Shown: positions 1 to 12,864, counted from the first letter of the stretch. The stretch: 64,000 nt of DNA from Camelus dromedarius (GCF_036321535.1 NC_087436.1:80664001-80728000), one strand, 5' to 3'. Numbers and translations: made by a program. The notes: generated by a model from the sequence alone, not told the origin.

Positions 1-88
1 GTGGGAAGGGGTAAATTTGAGAGTTTGAGATTTACAGATGTTAGCCACTATATATAAAAATGGATTTTTTAAAGTTTCTTCTGTATAT
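1..88 (+). mobile_element. L1 3' UTR fragment (cetartiodactyl-type), cut by the window edge
   Basis: GTGGGAAGGGGTAAATTTGAGAGTTTGAGATTTACAGATG...CTGTATA resembles the reverse complement of the 3' UTR of the young L1 at about 15090-15170 (GGGTGGGAAGGGATAGACTGGGATTTCAAAATTGTAG...CTGTATAGC). Confidence 0.6.
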
Positions 89-89
89 G

Positions 90-2200
90 AGACATTGGCT
101 AATGATTAGACATTTTAATACTAAATACCTAGAACATGGAGACAAATTCTATGACTATTTTGCAATGTTAGAAGTTATACTCAATCCAGAACTTCATTAA
201 ATTTTGCTAAAAATTAATGAAAATACCATGAGGCTCCTTTAATATTTTTTATTTAAATGCAAAGGCAACAAAGAGTTGTTCAGTCTGTTGTAGTAAAAGT
301 CCTAAAATAATACACCAAACCAACAGGGACTTCTTTTATAGCAAGAAGTATCAGAAGATGTTATAGTGAACATTGCTCAGGTTATGAAAAATGCTACTTA
401 CAACAAATTTCACAGTAAAGGAGGTCATGCTATATAGTAAAGTACCAATATTTCTCTAAAGTTTAAGCTTGTGGTATTTGCTAGATTTTATTTCAATAAT
501 TAAGTCCACAAAAAAGCTCTACTTTTTATGTAAGTCACTAAAGAATACGAACCAGAAAAGAACTTTCTCAATACGAAATAACTTCCTTAATCAAAACACT
601 GTTTTCTACAAACATCATATGCATAACCAAGCTGCATTGCCTAGAATTAAAAAAAAGTATTCCTAAGTTATAGATGAGTTTCACGGATGGCAAATTCATT
701 CACTCTATCATTTATAAACACTTACAGTAAAATTGGAGTCACACATGCATAGCGGTGTCAGCAACATAATTGATTTAATAAAAATAACAATTTTAAACCT
801 GTAATAAAAACTTTAAACATTGCAATCAGAGGTGGCATGATTATGGAAATCTTTTGTACTACAATGAGATGGGGGTGGTTATTTTATGCCAAAGACTTTG
901 AAAGAGTTGAATTTATAGATCAGTATACATTTTTCTTCAAAAGAAAAGATAAAGTTTCCATTTTTCTTTAAAAAATGGTAAAGGTTCTGATATAACAAGC
1001 ATGGCTGTCTATTAAGCTATTTGACTACCTGCTACCTATCAGATAACAGTAATTGAAAAAATTCACTTAATCTGCATATTCAAGGTAAATGTAGCATTAT
1101 AACAAAAAAGAAAATTAGTATTTTTTTTGAAGGAAGTTGTATGATGAAGAGAACATTTGAAAACAATGAGTGTTTGGAAATATTTCCATCTCTATGTGGT
1201 GTAAGTGTATGGGAGATACTGAGATGTGCTGACCAGATTAAAGAAGGACTTGCTGCCCAGATGTGAGGACCGAGGTCAGCAGACTGTGTCCTGCAGTGAC
1301 TGCTTCAAGGTCAGCCTCATCTACAGAGCTACCTCTCCTGGGACATATGGTGACTGAGTAATGTGGGATGAAAGTATGAAGGTTCAGCCCTTTTTGACCA
1401 ATGCAGGACACAATTGTTCCAGACTTCCCTGTTAAGGGGATAGTCTAGGCATTGTTGGCTCCATGGAAGTTCTACTTCTTCCCCTGCCCCATTTGGCTTC
1501 TTCTCTCTTCTCTTCACAGCTTTTGGTCCTTGAAAAAGATCTTCTCCCCCAAATCATAAATGTCTGCTTTCTGAGAATTTAAACTGCAATATGTATCACT
1601 TGGTGAAACTCTCTATACATACCTGAAAATTTGGAAACAGATTTTCTTAACCCGTTTAAAAAATCTTCCATGTGAAGAGTTCCAATGGTTTTGAACCTGC
1701 TTATGAAAAATATAAAAAGTAACTTGATTCATTTTGCAGGATTTTATTGATTGAAATCATAGAAGATCAAAATTTACCCTTCGATTTTTAATAAAAATGT
1801 TCGCCTAATTAGTAGATTGAATGGACTTATTTTAATTAACAAAGTTAATGATGTACTTTTTTGCAGTGAAATCTAAATATTTTTATGTGGTATATTTTTC
1901 AGCTAAAAAAACTATTAAATCCAAGTGTTTGAATAAAATGGACTTAAGACCTGTCAAATTGCTATATTACAAAGTATTAAAACAATATTTTCAAGAATAA
2001 TGAAATATTTACATTGTTCTTTCTAAGAATATTCATCTCACTAAAGTAATTATTATTAGTGAGAGCAAAATGTTTTACATGCTCAATAAATAAAATAGCT
2101 GTTCACAAATATTCTAGTTCATCTGTTCAATATATTTTACTTGCATGTATATAATTTATAAATAAATACATTGGGAGAACTCAAGAATTTTTCATGAACA
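90..2200 (+). mobile_element. Decayed hAT-Charlie DNA transposon (transposase fossil), interrupted by an LTR
   Basis: Degenerate translations recall Charlie/ZBED5-type transposase motifs in the expected order: LFCKSL (~520-545), HC.IH-like (~690-720), LLY.TEVRWLS-like (~850-900), and the hAT dimerisation region STYLCE.GFS...K.RNKLD (~1870-1950); many stops and frameshifts. Confidence 0.6.
1205..1590 (+). mobile_element. ERVL LTR16-type solo LTR nested in the hAT element
   Basis: GC-richer block inside AT-rich transposase DNA, ending TCTGCTTTCTGAGAATTTAAACTGCAA like the LTR16 terminus (ctgcttcctggagaacccaacctgcgaca). Confidence 0.55.
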
Positions 2201-2482
2201 TATAAAGAAACAACATCAAACGTTTTAGTTGTCATTACAGTACCATGCACTGTCTTTGATAGTGGGAGAAGGAAGACCTGTAACAAAGAGCAAGAAGATG
2301 AACAAAGGAAACATTAGAGGACAGCAGGGAGAGAAGTTTATATTGAACAACCAGACACATTGCCCTATCCTAGTTTAATACAAAGTAAAATCATAGGAGG
2401 CTAGACTCGAAGGAAGTTTTCTTTTCCTACCACATAGCATTTTCCATGCTCTGGGATCCAAGCAATGTTCTATATCAAGAGT

Positions 2483-2835
2483 ATGATGATCAATTTTACA
2501 TGCCAACTCTACTGAGCTAAGGGATGTCCAGATAGCTGGTCAACCATTTTTCTGGAGGTGTCTGTGAGGGTGTTTCTGGATGAGATTAACATCTGAACTG
2601 CTGGACTAAGTAAAGCAGATTGCCCTCCTTCATATGTGTGGGCCTCATCAAATAGGAAAAAAATGTGAGTAAGAGGAAACTTGGTTGAGAAGCAATATAG
2701 GTTTTTGTGCCCTCAAACTGGAACATACACCATCAGTTTTCCTGGGTTTCCCAGCTTGCTGACTGCAGAACTTCTCAGCCTCCATAATCACGTGAGCAAA
2801 TTCCTTATAATAAATATCTGTCTGTCTATCTATCT
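2483..2835 (+). mobile_element. MLT2 (ERVL) LTR
   Basis: Starts TGATGATCAATTTTACATGCCAACTCTACTGAGCTAAGGGATGTCCAGATAGCTGG and ends CCTCCATAATCACGTGAGCAAATTCCTTATAATAAATATCTGTC, matching MLT2 hallmarks. Confidence 0.8.
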
Positions 2836-3219
2836 AGTTACAGAAAATTCTTTACAATAGAGTTCTATAATAATTGTGTAGATAGATAATCAGATAATCA
2901 TCTTGTCTCCGTCCAATACTCTCTTCCAACACTTTAACCTCTACACAATAAAGCATTGGGAGGTGAAGGGAATGTTTCCAAGTGAGGTTGAACTTTTTGC
3001 CCTTTGTCCAGAGAGGTCTTTAATTCTACACTCTTGGAAATTCTTGTCATTAAAAATTTAATATCCACCCATATTCAGTGGAGAATTGAGCTATTTTGGG
3101 CACCTTATTACTTACATCAAACTTCAAAAGACCAAATTTAGGTACCAGATAAGAATAAAAAACTGTACACTTCTCTAAGTTACCCCAAAGGGGAGCAAGT
3201 TGAATAATGAACCATATTT

Positions 3220-4630
3220 CCATCACCAGATTGAATAATTATCAATATTTGCCATCCTTGTTTTATCTACCAGTTCTTTCCTTCCCCCTTCTTTTTTTCT
3301 GTGTTATGTTTAAGATTGATTTCTGACGCAAGGTAATGTTATCCATAAATCCTTCAATATGTACCACTAAAAAATAAAGATTTGTTTCTAACATAAACAC
3401 ACTGCTACGATCATTTTAAATTCAATCAACGTGTTTTCTTAATATCATTTAATATGTAGTCCATATTTAAGTTTCTCTAATTTCATCAAAAATCTCTTTT
3501 CATGGTTGATATATTTGACTTAGGAAGCAGAAAAGATTCACGGTTGTTATCACACTGATATTATTTGCTCTATTTTAATCTAAAACAGTCTCACCTCTTT
3601 TTTTCCCCTTTGCCATTGATTTATTGGAGAAACTGGATCATTGGTCTTGAGGAATGATTAACATCCTGCATTTGTCTGCTTATTTCCTTGTGTTTTTGCT
3701 TCCTGTGGTATTGTTTAACTTGCTTCTATCCCCTATATTTCTTAAACTAGAAGTTGGTCTGAAAGCTTTAATTAAATTCAAATTGAATTTTCTTTCAGCA
3801 GGACTACTTGTGCTGTTTACTCTCTGACACATCCTACCTAACGGCACATAGTAAGTGGTTGCCCAACTTTCAGTGATGTTTAAGTTTGAACACTGGTTTT
3901 TCATGATCCTCCCATTGTCAAAGTTTCCTATCAGTTTTTATCCTAATGGGTTCTTCTCATTCTATCATTTCTTTTACATTTATTTTCTGGAAGTTTTCTC
4001 TAAGTAATTTTCCTTTATCAAATAGGACTATTTTAAATATATTACACAGGATTGATGGGATAAAAGCTTATTTCATTATGTTTAATTGCCATTTTTAAAA
4101 ATAACAAATTAGTGCTCTAACTATTTCCAATGATTCCTGATGAATTTTTGTTAAGTTTTTATTTTTGCTCTCTTGTTCTCTCTTTTGGAATACTATTATG
4201 ACTCACATATTTTTATAAATTATCTTCAGTGAATTAAAGTTATTGTTTTTATGCTCAAATTATTCCCTCTTTGGATGGAATCTTATGATAACCTGGCTCT
4301 TATGTCTTTCTGATATAACCCTGTTATAGTTTGCTGGCTTCTTTGTTTTTTTGTCACAACAAGATATCTAAGGTTCATCTCATAAATTTCCTGACCTGAA
4401 CCTGAATCTGGTCATTTCAGTAAGGACTGCAATTATTTTTTAATTTTTATTGGTGAATGATATTTAGAGCCCACAGTCTGACACTAGGTGTGGTCTACCT
4501 TTTCAGTAGACAGAGCTAAACTCTTATCATAGCAAAATTTAAATATGCTCAAAAGTGGAGAGAGTAGCATAATAAATCCCTCATGTGCCATCATCCAGTT
4601 CCAACAGATATCAATATGTTGCTTGTTTTG
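3220..4630 (-). mobile_element. Old L1M (L1MC/ME-class) 3' fragments
   Basis: T-rich degenerate sequence with L1MC/ME 3' UTR-like motifs (AAAATAAAGATTTGTTTCTAACATAAAACAC; GGAGAAACTGGATCATTGGTC; CAACAAGATATCTAAGGTTCATCT). Confidence 0.55.
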
Positions 4631-4734
4631 TTTTATCTAGTTCCCACACATTCTATAAAAAGCTCTGGAAAAATCTATGATAGCAAGATGAGCAAGGAAG
4701 AGGAAGTAGAACTCCATAAACGAGGAACCACAAA

Positions 4735-5872
4735 TGGAAGGCAAAAATAAACAATGGACTACAACAAACTAAAAACTTTTGCTCAGTGAAGGAAACCATC
4801 AGCATAATGAAAAGGCACCCTACTGAATGGGAGTATATCTTTACAAATGGTATATTCAGTAAGGGATTAATATCCAAATTATATGAAGAACTCATACAAT
4901 TCAATATCGAAAACCCCCAAATAATCTGATTTAAAAATGGTCAGAGAACCTGAGTAGATATTTCTCTAAAGGAGACATTCAAATGGCAGCAGACACATGA
5001 AAAGATGCTCAATGTTACTAATCATCAGGTAAATGCAGCACAAAACCACATTGAGATACTGCTGCACACCTATCAGAATGGCTATCATCAAAGAGACAAC
5101 AAATAACAAGTGTTGGTGAAGACATGAAGAAAAGGGAACCCTCGTGCAGTGTTAAAGGAAATGTAAATTGGTGCAGCCATTATGGAAAACTGTATGGAGG
5201 TTCCTCAAAACTTTAAAAATAGAACTACCACATGGTCCAGCAATTCCAGTTCTGGGTATTTGTGTGAAGAAAACAAAAATACTAGTTCAAAAAGATGTAT
5301 GCACTTTTATGTTCATTGCAGCACAACTAGCCAAGATATGGAAACAACCTAAGTGTCCATCAACAGATGAATGGATAAAGCAGATATGGTGTATATACAT
5401 ACAATGGAATACTAGTCAACCATAAAAAAGATTGAAATCTTGCAGTTTGGGACAACATGGATGGACCTAGAAGGTATTATGCTAAGTGAATAAGTTAGAC
5501 AGAGAAAGACAAATGATTTCACTTATATGTGGAATCTAAAAAATAAAGCAAATGAACAAACAAAACAAAATAGAAAGAAAGTCATAGATACAGAGCAAAT
5601 CAGTGGTTGCCGGAGGGAAGGGAGTGGAGGGTTGGGTGAAATAAGTGATGGGGATTAATAGGTAAAAACTTCCAGTTATAAAATAGATAAGTCACAGGGA
5701 TGTAATAGACAGCATGAGAAAGATAGTTGTAATTACTGTAGTAATTTTGGATGATGACAGATGGCTATCGGACATCATGATGATCACTTTGTAATATATT
5801 TAAATGTTGAATAACTCTGTTGTACACCTGAAAGTAACATAATACTGTACATCAACTATACTTCAATAAAAC
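4735..5872 (+). mobile_element. L1 (L1MA-age) ORF2 C-terminus plus 3' UTR, degenerate
   Basis: ORF 5168-5425 reads [13 protein letters not shown]...PAIPVLGI...CTFMFIAA...[14 protein letters not shown] (L1 ORF2 C-terminus); 3' UTR ends in AATAAA near 5865. Confidence 0.9.
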
Positions 5873-7213
5873 AGAAGATAAATTACCATATGGGAAATTA
5901 TAGGCTCTGTATTTTATGGATTTATTGAAAACATTAATATATTAACTATTTGTAAATTTTAATCTAATTTGCTTTTATAATCCTTAATGTGAGATTAAGG
6001 GATAAGGAAATTTGGAAGGGGGCATGGTTGGTATTGAAATCAGATATCACGGTAGCATTTATGCTTCGATTTTTCTAATACATAGAAGGGAAAATTCTCA
6101 AAGAATGAGACTTGTCATTGAGAACACTTTGAACCTGATTACCATGTGCACAAAACACATTGTTTTGCCTAATCTGCATAAAACTTCCAAAATTGGTAAT
6201 AATTTGAGCCTCTCAATTGAAATGGCATGTTATATTTTTGGCAAAGAATCAGCAAGAAAAAAAAATGACAAAGCAATTAGAATAAGAATTAAGATATAGA
6301 AAAGCCATTTTAAAAATAGCCGTAACACTTTGCAATATAAGTAGCAATTCTGCCTCTGACGCAGTATATATGAGGTATTAGATTTTTAGCTTCCACAATA
6401 AATTCTTTATCAGCAGCACAAATTTAGAACGTATAAAAATATCAACACCATTATCCCATGTTACCAGCATAATACCTGGGTTCAACTCTCACGACTGTGG
6501 TTCTGTAAGAGCCGTTTTAAAGAATCACCAGAACAAATTAACAGTGTTGTTTAATAGAAGACTTTTCAAAGCTATAAAATATATTTTGTTAGGGAATAAG
6601 AACTCATTTGCAGACTTGCAATTCTGGATAGCCCAATTTGTTGAAAATCATCTTGCCTTACTATTTCCTTTTATCAGTTTCATTTTCCTTGTTCCTATAA
6701 TTTAGGTTTAACATATCAGCATTATCTCTAATTTGTTCCAGTGTTATTCAGTGTCCATAATTTGCAGGGAACGAAAGGGATACAAAGATATTTTTCTGCC
6801 CTCAATGGATTTGTAATGTAGATACAGAAAAATTGCAAACAGGTAAGTAACTAATACTTTTAGAAACAGTGTAAGTGACTAATACATTTAGAAATAATCC
6901 ATCAACATTTTTCTAGTTCATCAGATTTGCAATTTTAATATAAATGTTGAGAATTTGTTTTGGTCATAATGTAAAAAGTGTGTTCTTTTACTCTAATCTC
7001 TAGAAAAATCACCACATATTATTTATTATATTTTAAGACAAAGTGTGTGACAGTTGAATAAAAACACAAAAGTTTATTAACTTTTAAAATTAAATCAAAG
7101 TTATAATTCAAATAGCTTTGGAAAACAGTAACTCTTGTCTGATTAGTTATTTTAATTGAGCATCTACAATAATCATTGCACTTTAATATTCAAAATTGAC
7201 AGTCATTCTCTCA

Positions 7214-7908
7214 TGTTACATAGTAGAAGTACAGAGAGTATTTCTTAATACCTTCTGCAGAAACTATGGCCCTACTAGTGCCAAAGAGCAAGGTCGATGA
7301 TGACCAGAAAGCCATACTCAGGAAGTCACGCAGCAGACTTCTTGAATGCTACCTCTCTTCTGACTCTTGTGTTCCATGGTGTGGGAGGAGGTCAGCGAGA
7401 GGACGTGACTGCCGGTTGACCTGTGACCTGGACCAGGGCAGTCGGAGGCTCCTCGCCCCCTCCCCTGTCCTTGAAATGAAACTTCTGCCCACCATTCCCA
7501 CAGTGGGAGCCATTTTCAAGGATGCAGCCTTGAGAGAGCAAGGTGTGGCTAAGACCTTCTGGGCAGTACGCGTGACTGAACCCCGTTAAGCCCTCTATGA
7601 TAACTCTTCCGATCTGGGCGGGCGTATGCGATGTACTGTCTTGCAGCCACTCAAGGCAAGCCTCGTTTGTAAGTTCCCTTGCTTATCAAGCCTGCCACCT
7701 ACCTGGTGTGGCTGCCAATTCCTCTCCCTGACCTCCGTGAACAAGGGCCAGTTTGAGATTTCACCTGGGAAATCTCCCAAGGGTGCCAACCAATGACTGG
7801 CGAGCCAGCCGAAAGGGTCTGCCTCTTTTTTGCAGTCTCTTCGTGCCCTCCGTATTTGGGGCCAGTTTTGAATTCATCTGGGAGCAGTCCTGACGTTGTG
7901 AACCAACA
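7214..7908 (+). mobile_element. ERV1-like LTR with a tRNA-Arg PBS remnant and a repeated U5-like tail
   Basis: TG...CA-bounded GC/CpG-richer block; TGGCGAGCCAGCC at 7798-7810 matches 13 nt of the Arg PBS (TGGCGAGCCAGCCAGGAG); 7820-7908 resembles 7712-7793; no TSD found, so the left boundary is uncertain. Confidence 0.6.
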
Positions 7909-8539
7909 TATGGTAAGACAGTTTTGTTTTGTTTCTTTTTTTTCAACTGAAATGTTGAGATAAATATCTAAAAGCAGTATAAAATTGGAAGGTGGGAGTT
8001 TTACTGTTACTTAGTTAAATTTGCTCCTGTGTTCTGCAGAAGCGTGATGAAGCCTTATTCTAAGACTCATTCTCATCTTCAGTCCCAATTTGCTCTCTCT
8101 CACTGTCTCCTTCCCTCAAGTATCCTCATCAAGTACTCCCCTTCCGTGGGTCCTGGCCCCTTCCTGGGGAGATTCCAACTCTCTCCATGTGAGGGGAGAA
8201 TCTTAAGGGAGTAGTGGCCCCAGAGTTTTTCATGTGTTTTATCAGGTGCCCTGTAGCAGATTTCAGCTGCCGGGAGCCTTACTTCTGCTTGGAGTCTCCT
8301 GGTCTGAAGGGATGGGAGGGAATCTGCCCTCCGGAGTCACAGTGAGTTGGTGGATGCTTTGACTTTCCTTCAGGCTCTCCCCCAACAATGACTGAAGCTC
8401 CTTTCTTTCGGAATTTACCTAAGCACAAACACACCTTATGCATCTTAATTTTCTTCTAAAAATCAATCTGTTCTCGGTATGAAGAATTTAGATTTCTCCT
8501 GTTAATATGACTCTCACGCTAAGCTTCAGAAAGGAGTAG

Positions 8540-8893
8540 TGTTAAAGTAAGTAACAAGGAGGCCATTAGACCAAGCTGGCTCTAATGCCTTGGCAGCCTA
8601 TGTAAACAAACCAAAACCTAAGCTACAGTCTATTCTTGCAAATGCCTCAAGGTCAAGAAATGGAAATAGGAGGACAACCAATCTCAAAGAGCCAACTAAG
8701 CTTTCCCAAATAAGGCAGCCGCTTAAGCTATGGCTAATCAAATAACTTCTTGCATTGCTTCTTCATCTGCTCTGTAAAACCCTTTTTCCTGGAGCACCCC
8801 AATCACTTTCAGTTTGGTGCTGCCTAATTTTAACTGAAGTATGCTCAAATAAACTCTTCAAAAATTTAACCTACCTAAGTTTATCTTTTAACA
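8540..8893 (+). mobile_element. Solo ERV1 LTR (MER41/LTR8-like) with 4-bp TSD
   Basis: TGTTAAA...TTTAACA inverted termini; identical GTAG at 8536-8539 and 8894-8897; CCAAT-like boxes and AATAAA near 8848. Confidence 0.9.
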
Positions 8894-9346
8894 GTAGTTT
8901 TATTATTATTAATAGTGTGCTATTATTATTGTGCTAAGGGAACACAGAGATGATGCATTATTTATGTAGGTATTTAAAAATGTATGACTGAGTCAGAAAT
9001 AATACCAATGCTCTAAGCCTGGGTGCCATTTTCCTCCTGGTAATATGTGATGAATTTCAGTTTATCTAGCCCCCAAAATATTAACTTCATGCAACACATA
9101 TAATATATTCCCAAGACAGAAACCTGGGAGTCAAGGCTCTCTCCTCTTGTCAAGTCTAATTTGTCATCATGTCCCGTTAATCCTACTTCATAGTTACGTC
9201 TTGACTTTGTTTTCTTTTCCCAACCCCTTTCTTATAGTATGGGACCTAATGGATACATCCTAAACTTTGTAGCACTTGAATACAAGGCGCTTGATCGTAG
9301 GACCCCTGTCTACCTTTGTGGCCTCACTTGTAGCTACTCCTCATTT

Positions 9347-9782
9347 GTGGTCATGAAAATGCAGCACTCAGGTTTCCTTCTGCAGGAAGCATAATTGACT
9401 GATGGCCCCAGATGCTGTCCTTCTGGATTCACTCTTGTGTTCACGTAAAGGTCATGTTTCCCGCAGGCTTCCCTTCGCTAAGATCTGATTAGCTCTGGGA
9501 TTCATTCTAACGCAGGCCCATTCTTCATGAGTTACAGGAATCCTTTAACAGGTGACTTTGGCCAGAGGACTCCCCTGAACTCTGCTTGGCTGAGACTTCC
9601 TTAGGACTGTGCCACCTCTGAGACCTTCCCGATACAATCCTCCTCCATTCCCCTCTCTCACGGGGGCAGACCTGCATTGCGGTCTGCAGGCTCTTCTACT
9701 GCTTCTCCTTCACAGGATTTCCCCACAAGAAGTCTCTTGCACATATAATTCCATTTTGGCATCTTCTCTGTGGCACTAACAA
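9347..9782 (+). mobile_element. ERVL LTR16A-type LTR
   Basis: GGTCATGAAAATGCAGCACTCAG...GACTGATGGCCCCAGATGCTG...GGGGCAGACCTGCATTGCGGTCTG...TCTCTTGCACATATAATTCCATTTTGGCATC follows the LTR16A layout. Confidence 0.7.
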
Positions 9783-9799
9783 ATTGGCCAGGAATGATT

Positions 9800-10146
9800 T
9801 GAGGAAAACAACAGGGACAAGTGGAGATTTATAGCCAAAGGGGGTCAGCATATGGAAAATTACTAAGAAGAAACATCAGGGGTGAGGGAGGATTCTGGCT
9901 AACCTGACTTGACAGGATTCTTGCTGAAGACAGGCTAGGGTGGTCAGTTACTACCTGAAGAATGGTGAGAAATGAGGGATTTGCTCAGACACGGAGGGTG
10001 GGGGATTCTCTCTAAACTGACTGAACGGATTCTTGCTCAGCTAGGTAACGCAGGCCCAGATATGATGGACACAAGGTCAAAGCCTAATTGAGAAGAGGGC
10101 TTAGAGGAGCCTGGCAAAAGATTGGACATATAGACAGTTTTTGTCA
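9800..10146 (-). mobile_element. MER31-type ERV1 LTR
   Basis: Reverse complement begins TGACAAAAACTGTCTATATGTCCAATCTTTTGCCAGGCTCCTCTAAGCCCTCTTCTCAATTAGGC like MER31; repeated GGATTCTTGCT modules. Confidence 0.7.
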
Positions 10147-10909
10147 AACAGGAAGAGATAATCACATATGTACTGCTACATTTTTGCTGCCGACATGAGT
10201 AGGGAGGATTCATCTTCTGTAGACAGCAAGGTCCAGGGAAAATTGTACCATGATTTTATTCAGAGGCAATAGCAGTAAGTGGATATTAAGGGCAATCTTA
10301 AAGGGAAAAGAAGATGTTATAGGAAATCCACATGCATTTTTTTGAAGGAGGTATAAAAAGAAAAAGCAATAAATCAGTTATACCTTCAGTAACTTAATGA
10401 CCTGGGAAACAGTGGATAAGTATTTTCAGAACCAGTAAAGCCTCCACTTTATTCTAGGAAAATGAATTCTGGTGCTTGCTGCATTCACAACTCTTGCACA
10501 GTTCTACCCATCTCCCTCACCCCTGTACTCATAGCATATGTGAAAAAGATAAGCCCAAACAGCCATACTTCATATCATGTGACCTTGCCCCCTTGGCTAC
10601 AGGTATTGGATTAGGAGCACTTGATCTAATGGCAGCCAGTGCATAGATCTGTCTCTGACCTATGACATGCATGACTTAGCATGAAATGATAATTTGGGCC
10701 AATCATAGCCTTAGTCCCATTTACATGATTGAGAAAAGAGAGAATCAAAGCCGAAGATGCATAGAGAGAAGCCTTTGAGATAGACTTGGTGCAATGTATG
10801 AGGGATTAGATTTAGGTCTATGAAAAGTCAGGACCATCTGAGTTGTAAGCAGAAGCTATAAGGGTAGAGAAAATTTCCAGAGTACAAAGAACAAAAAAAC
10901 GAGGCTAGT

Positions 10910-11365
10910 TGGTGTAGATTAAAAATGGTTTCAGATTCTTTGACACTTTGTCAAAAGTGAGGTCTGTATCTCCTCCCTTTTAATCTGAGTATACTCTTTT
11001 GTGTGTGTGTGTGGACTTCTTGACCACTGCTTAAAATACAATGGAAGTGACCCTGTGCCAATTTGGAATCTCAAGAGATCGTTTAGTTTCCAATTCCCAT
11101 TTCTTCAAATACTTACTTTAGGAAATAAGCAACATGCTATGCCACCAAAAGGCTCAGAAAGAGGCCCGTGTGGAGAATAAAGGCCTCTGATCAGTATGAG
11201 CTCCCAGCCCACAGCTGAACAATTTGCCAGCCATGTGTGTAGAACATGATGGAAGTGGTTGTATTTGAGCCCCAATTGATGGCGTATGGGCCTGGATAGA
11301 GGATCCTCAACCTGCCCCGCTCAAGTTGTGGGTTCATGGGCAAAATAAATGACTATTGGTATTCT
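10910..11365 (+). mobile_element. MLT1 (MaLR) LTR, MLT1F/G/H-like
   Basis: TGGTGTAGATTAAAAATGGTTTCAGATTCTTTGACAC...GGAAGTGACCCTGTGCCAATT...GCAAAATAAATGACTATTG. Confidence 0.65.
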
Positions 11366-11369
11366 TATC

Positions 11370-11935
11370 TTTTTAAATTATTTTTAATTGTGGTGAAATA
11401 CATGTAACGTAAAAGTTTTCCTCTTAAGCATTTTTAGATATACAGCTCAGTGTCACTGAATATATTCATGTTTTTGTGCAACCATAATCACCATTCATCT
11501 CCAGAACCCTTTTCATCTTGCAGAACTGAAACTTTGTACCCATTGAGCAACAACTGCTCATTCTCTTCCTTCCCCAGCCCTGGCAACCACCATTCTACTT
11601 TACATCTCTATTAATTCGACTCCTCTAGGAGCCTCATATAAGTGGAACCATTCAATATTTGTCTTTTTGTGACTGGCTGATTTCATTTAGCATAATATCC
11701 TCAAGGTTTATCTGTGTTGCAGCATGTGTCAGAATTTCCTTCATTTTTAAGGCTATATAATATTCCATTGTGTGTATACACCACAATTTGTTTATTTATT
11801 CATCTGTCGATGGACACAAGGGTAGCTTTCACCTTTTGGTTGTTGTGAATAATGCTGCTATGAATATGAATGTGTAAATATCTGTTTCAGCCTCTGCTTT
11901 GAATTATTTTGGATATCTACTCAGAAGTGGAATTG
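11370..11935 (-). mobile_element. L1MB-type 3' UTR fragment
   Basis: T-tract then AATTGTGGTGAAATACATGTAAC...CCCTGGCAACCACCATTCTAC...CATCTGTCGATGGACAC...CAGAAGTGGAATTG. Confidence 0.85.
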
Positions 11936-12685
11936 TTCGCTGTCATTTGTTTCTGAAAAGTGAAAATAAACTAAGGAGTGTCATTCTACTTGCCATGAGT
12001 GAACCAAACTGGTCAAAGGAAAGCAAAATTGTAGCATACAAGTCACTAAAAACACAAATATAAATTTTCTAGATAAAAAATTTACAAGGCATGACAAATG
12101 TTTCTACAGGATATTATGGTGCCTTACTCCACAAATTAAAGTTCTTAGTCAATAGATGTGGTCAAAATAAGACAAGTTTTTCCAAAGTCATTCAAAATTT
12201 AGTGAATTCTTACAAGTGCAGATCTTCCAGAGCTTTATAAAACTATAAATATATGTTCACAAATGAGTTTATTTTTAGATAATTTGCCATTTAAAAAGAC
12301 ACTTTATTTTGTCTCTGACTTGTAATAGTCTTTGGATTCTTATATGATTGTCCTAAGATTCACAGGTTAGCAGAACCATTGATTTTAACCATTAGTTTCA
12401 GGCTCCTATTTTATCTGACCTCTCATCAATAATGAAATCTGCTACCTTCCATTTGCCTATATCCCTACCTTGATAAACTCTCTTATAGGGGAAATGAAGA
12501 GCACTGAAGTACCTAGAAGATAGACAAGGCAAGCATTGAGACAGAAAATCGTCATAGCTAACCATCTCTGAATATTTGAGTTAGAAATGTGAAGGATTAT
12601 GAAGAGTGTTGATATGTGAAGGGGTTTAACGTGTGTGCATGCTATGTGTGTTTCTGTGCATTACATAGACCTTAGGAGCCCCAGA

Positions 12686-12864
12686 ACAATATTCTTGACT
12701 CCAGCTGCCTAATATTTGCATCACCTGGGGAGCTTTAAGAAATACACATGCTCAAGTCCCATCCCATAACACCAAGTCAGAACACCTAAGGATGACACTT
12801 CATCAAGATATTTTTTAAAGTTCTCCAGATGATTCTAATGAGCACCCATAGTAGAGAACAACTG
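12686..12864. mobile_element. MER5A-like hAT MITE
   Basis: CATCACCTGGGGAGCTTTAAGAAATACACATGCTCAAGTCCCATCCC...TTCTCCAGATGATTCTAATG...GAGAACAACTG. Confidence 0.7.
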
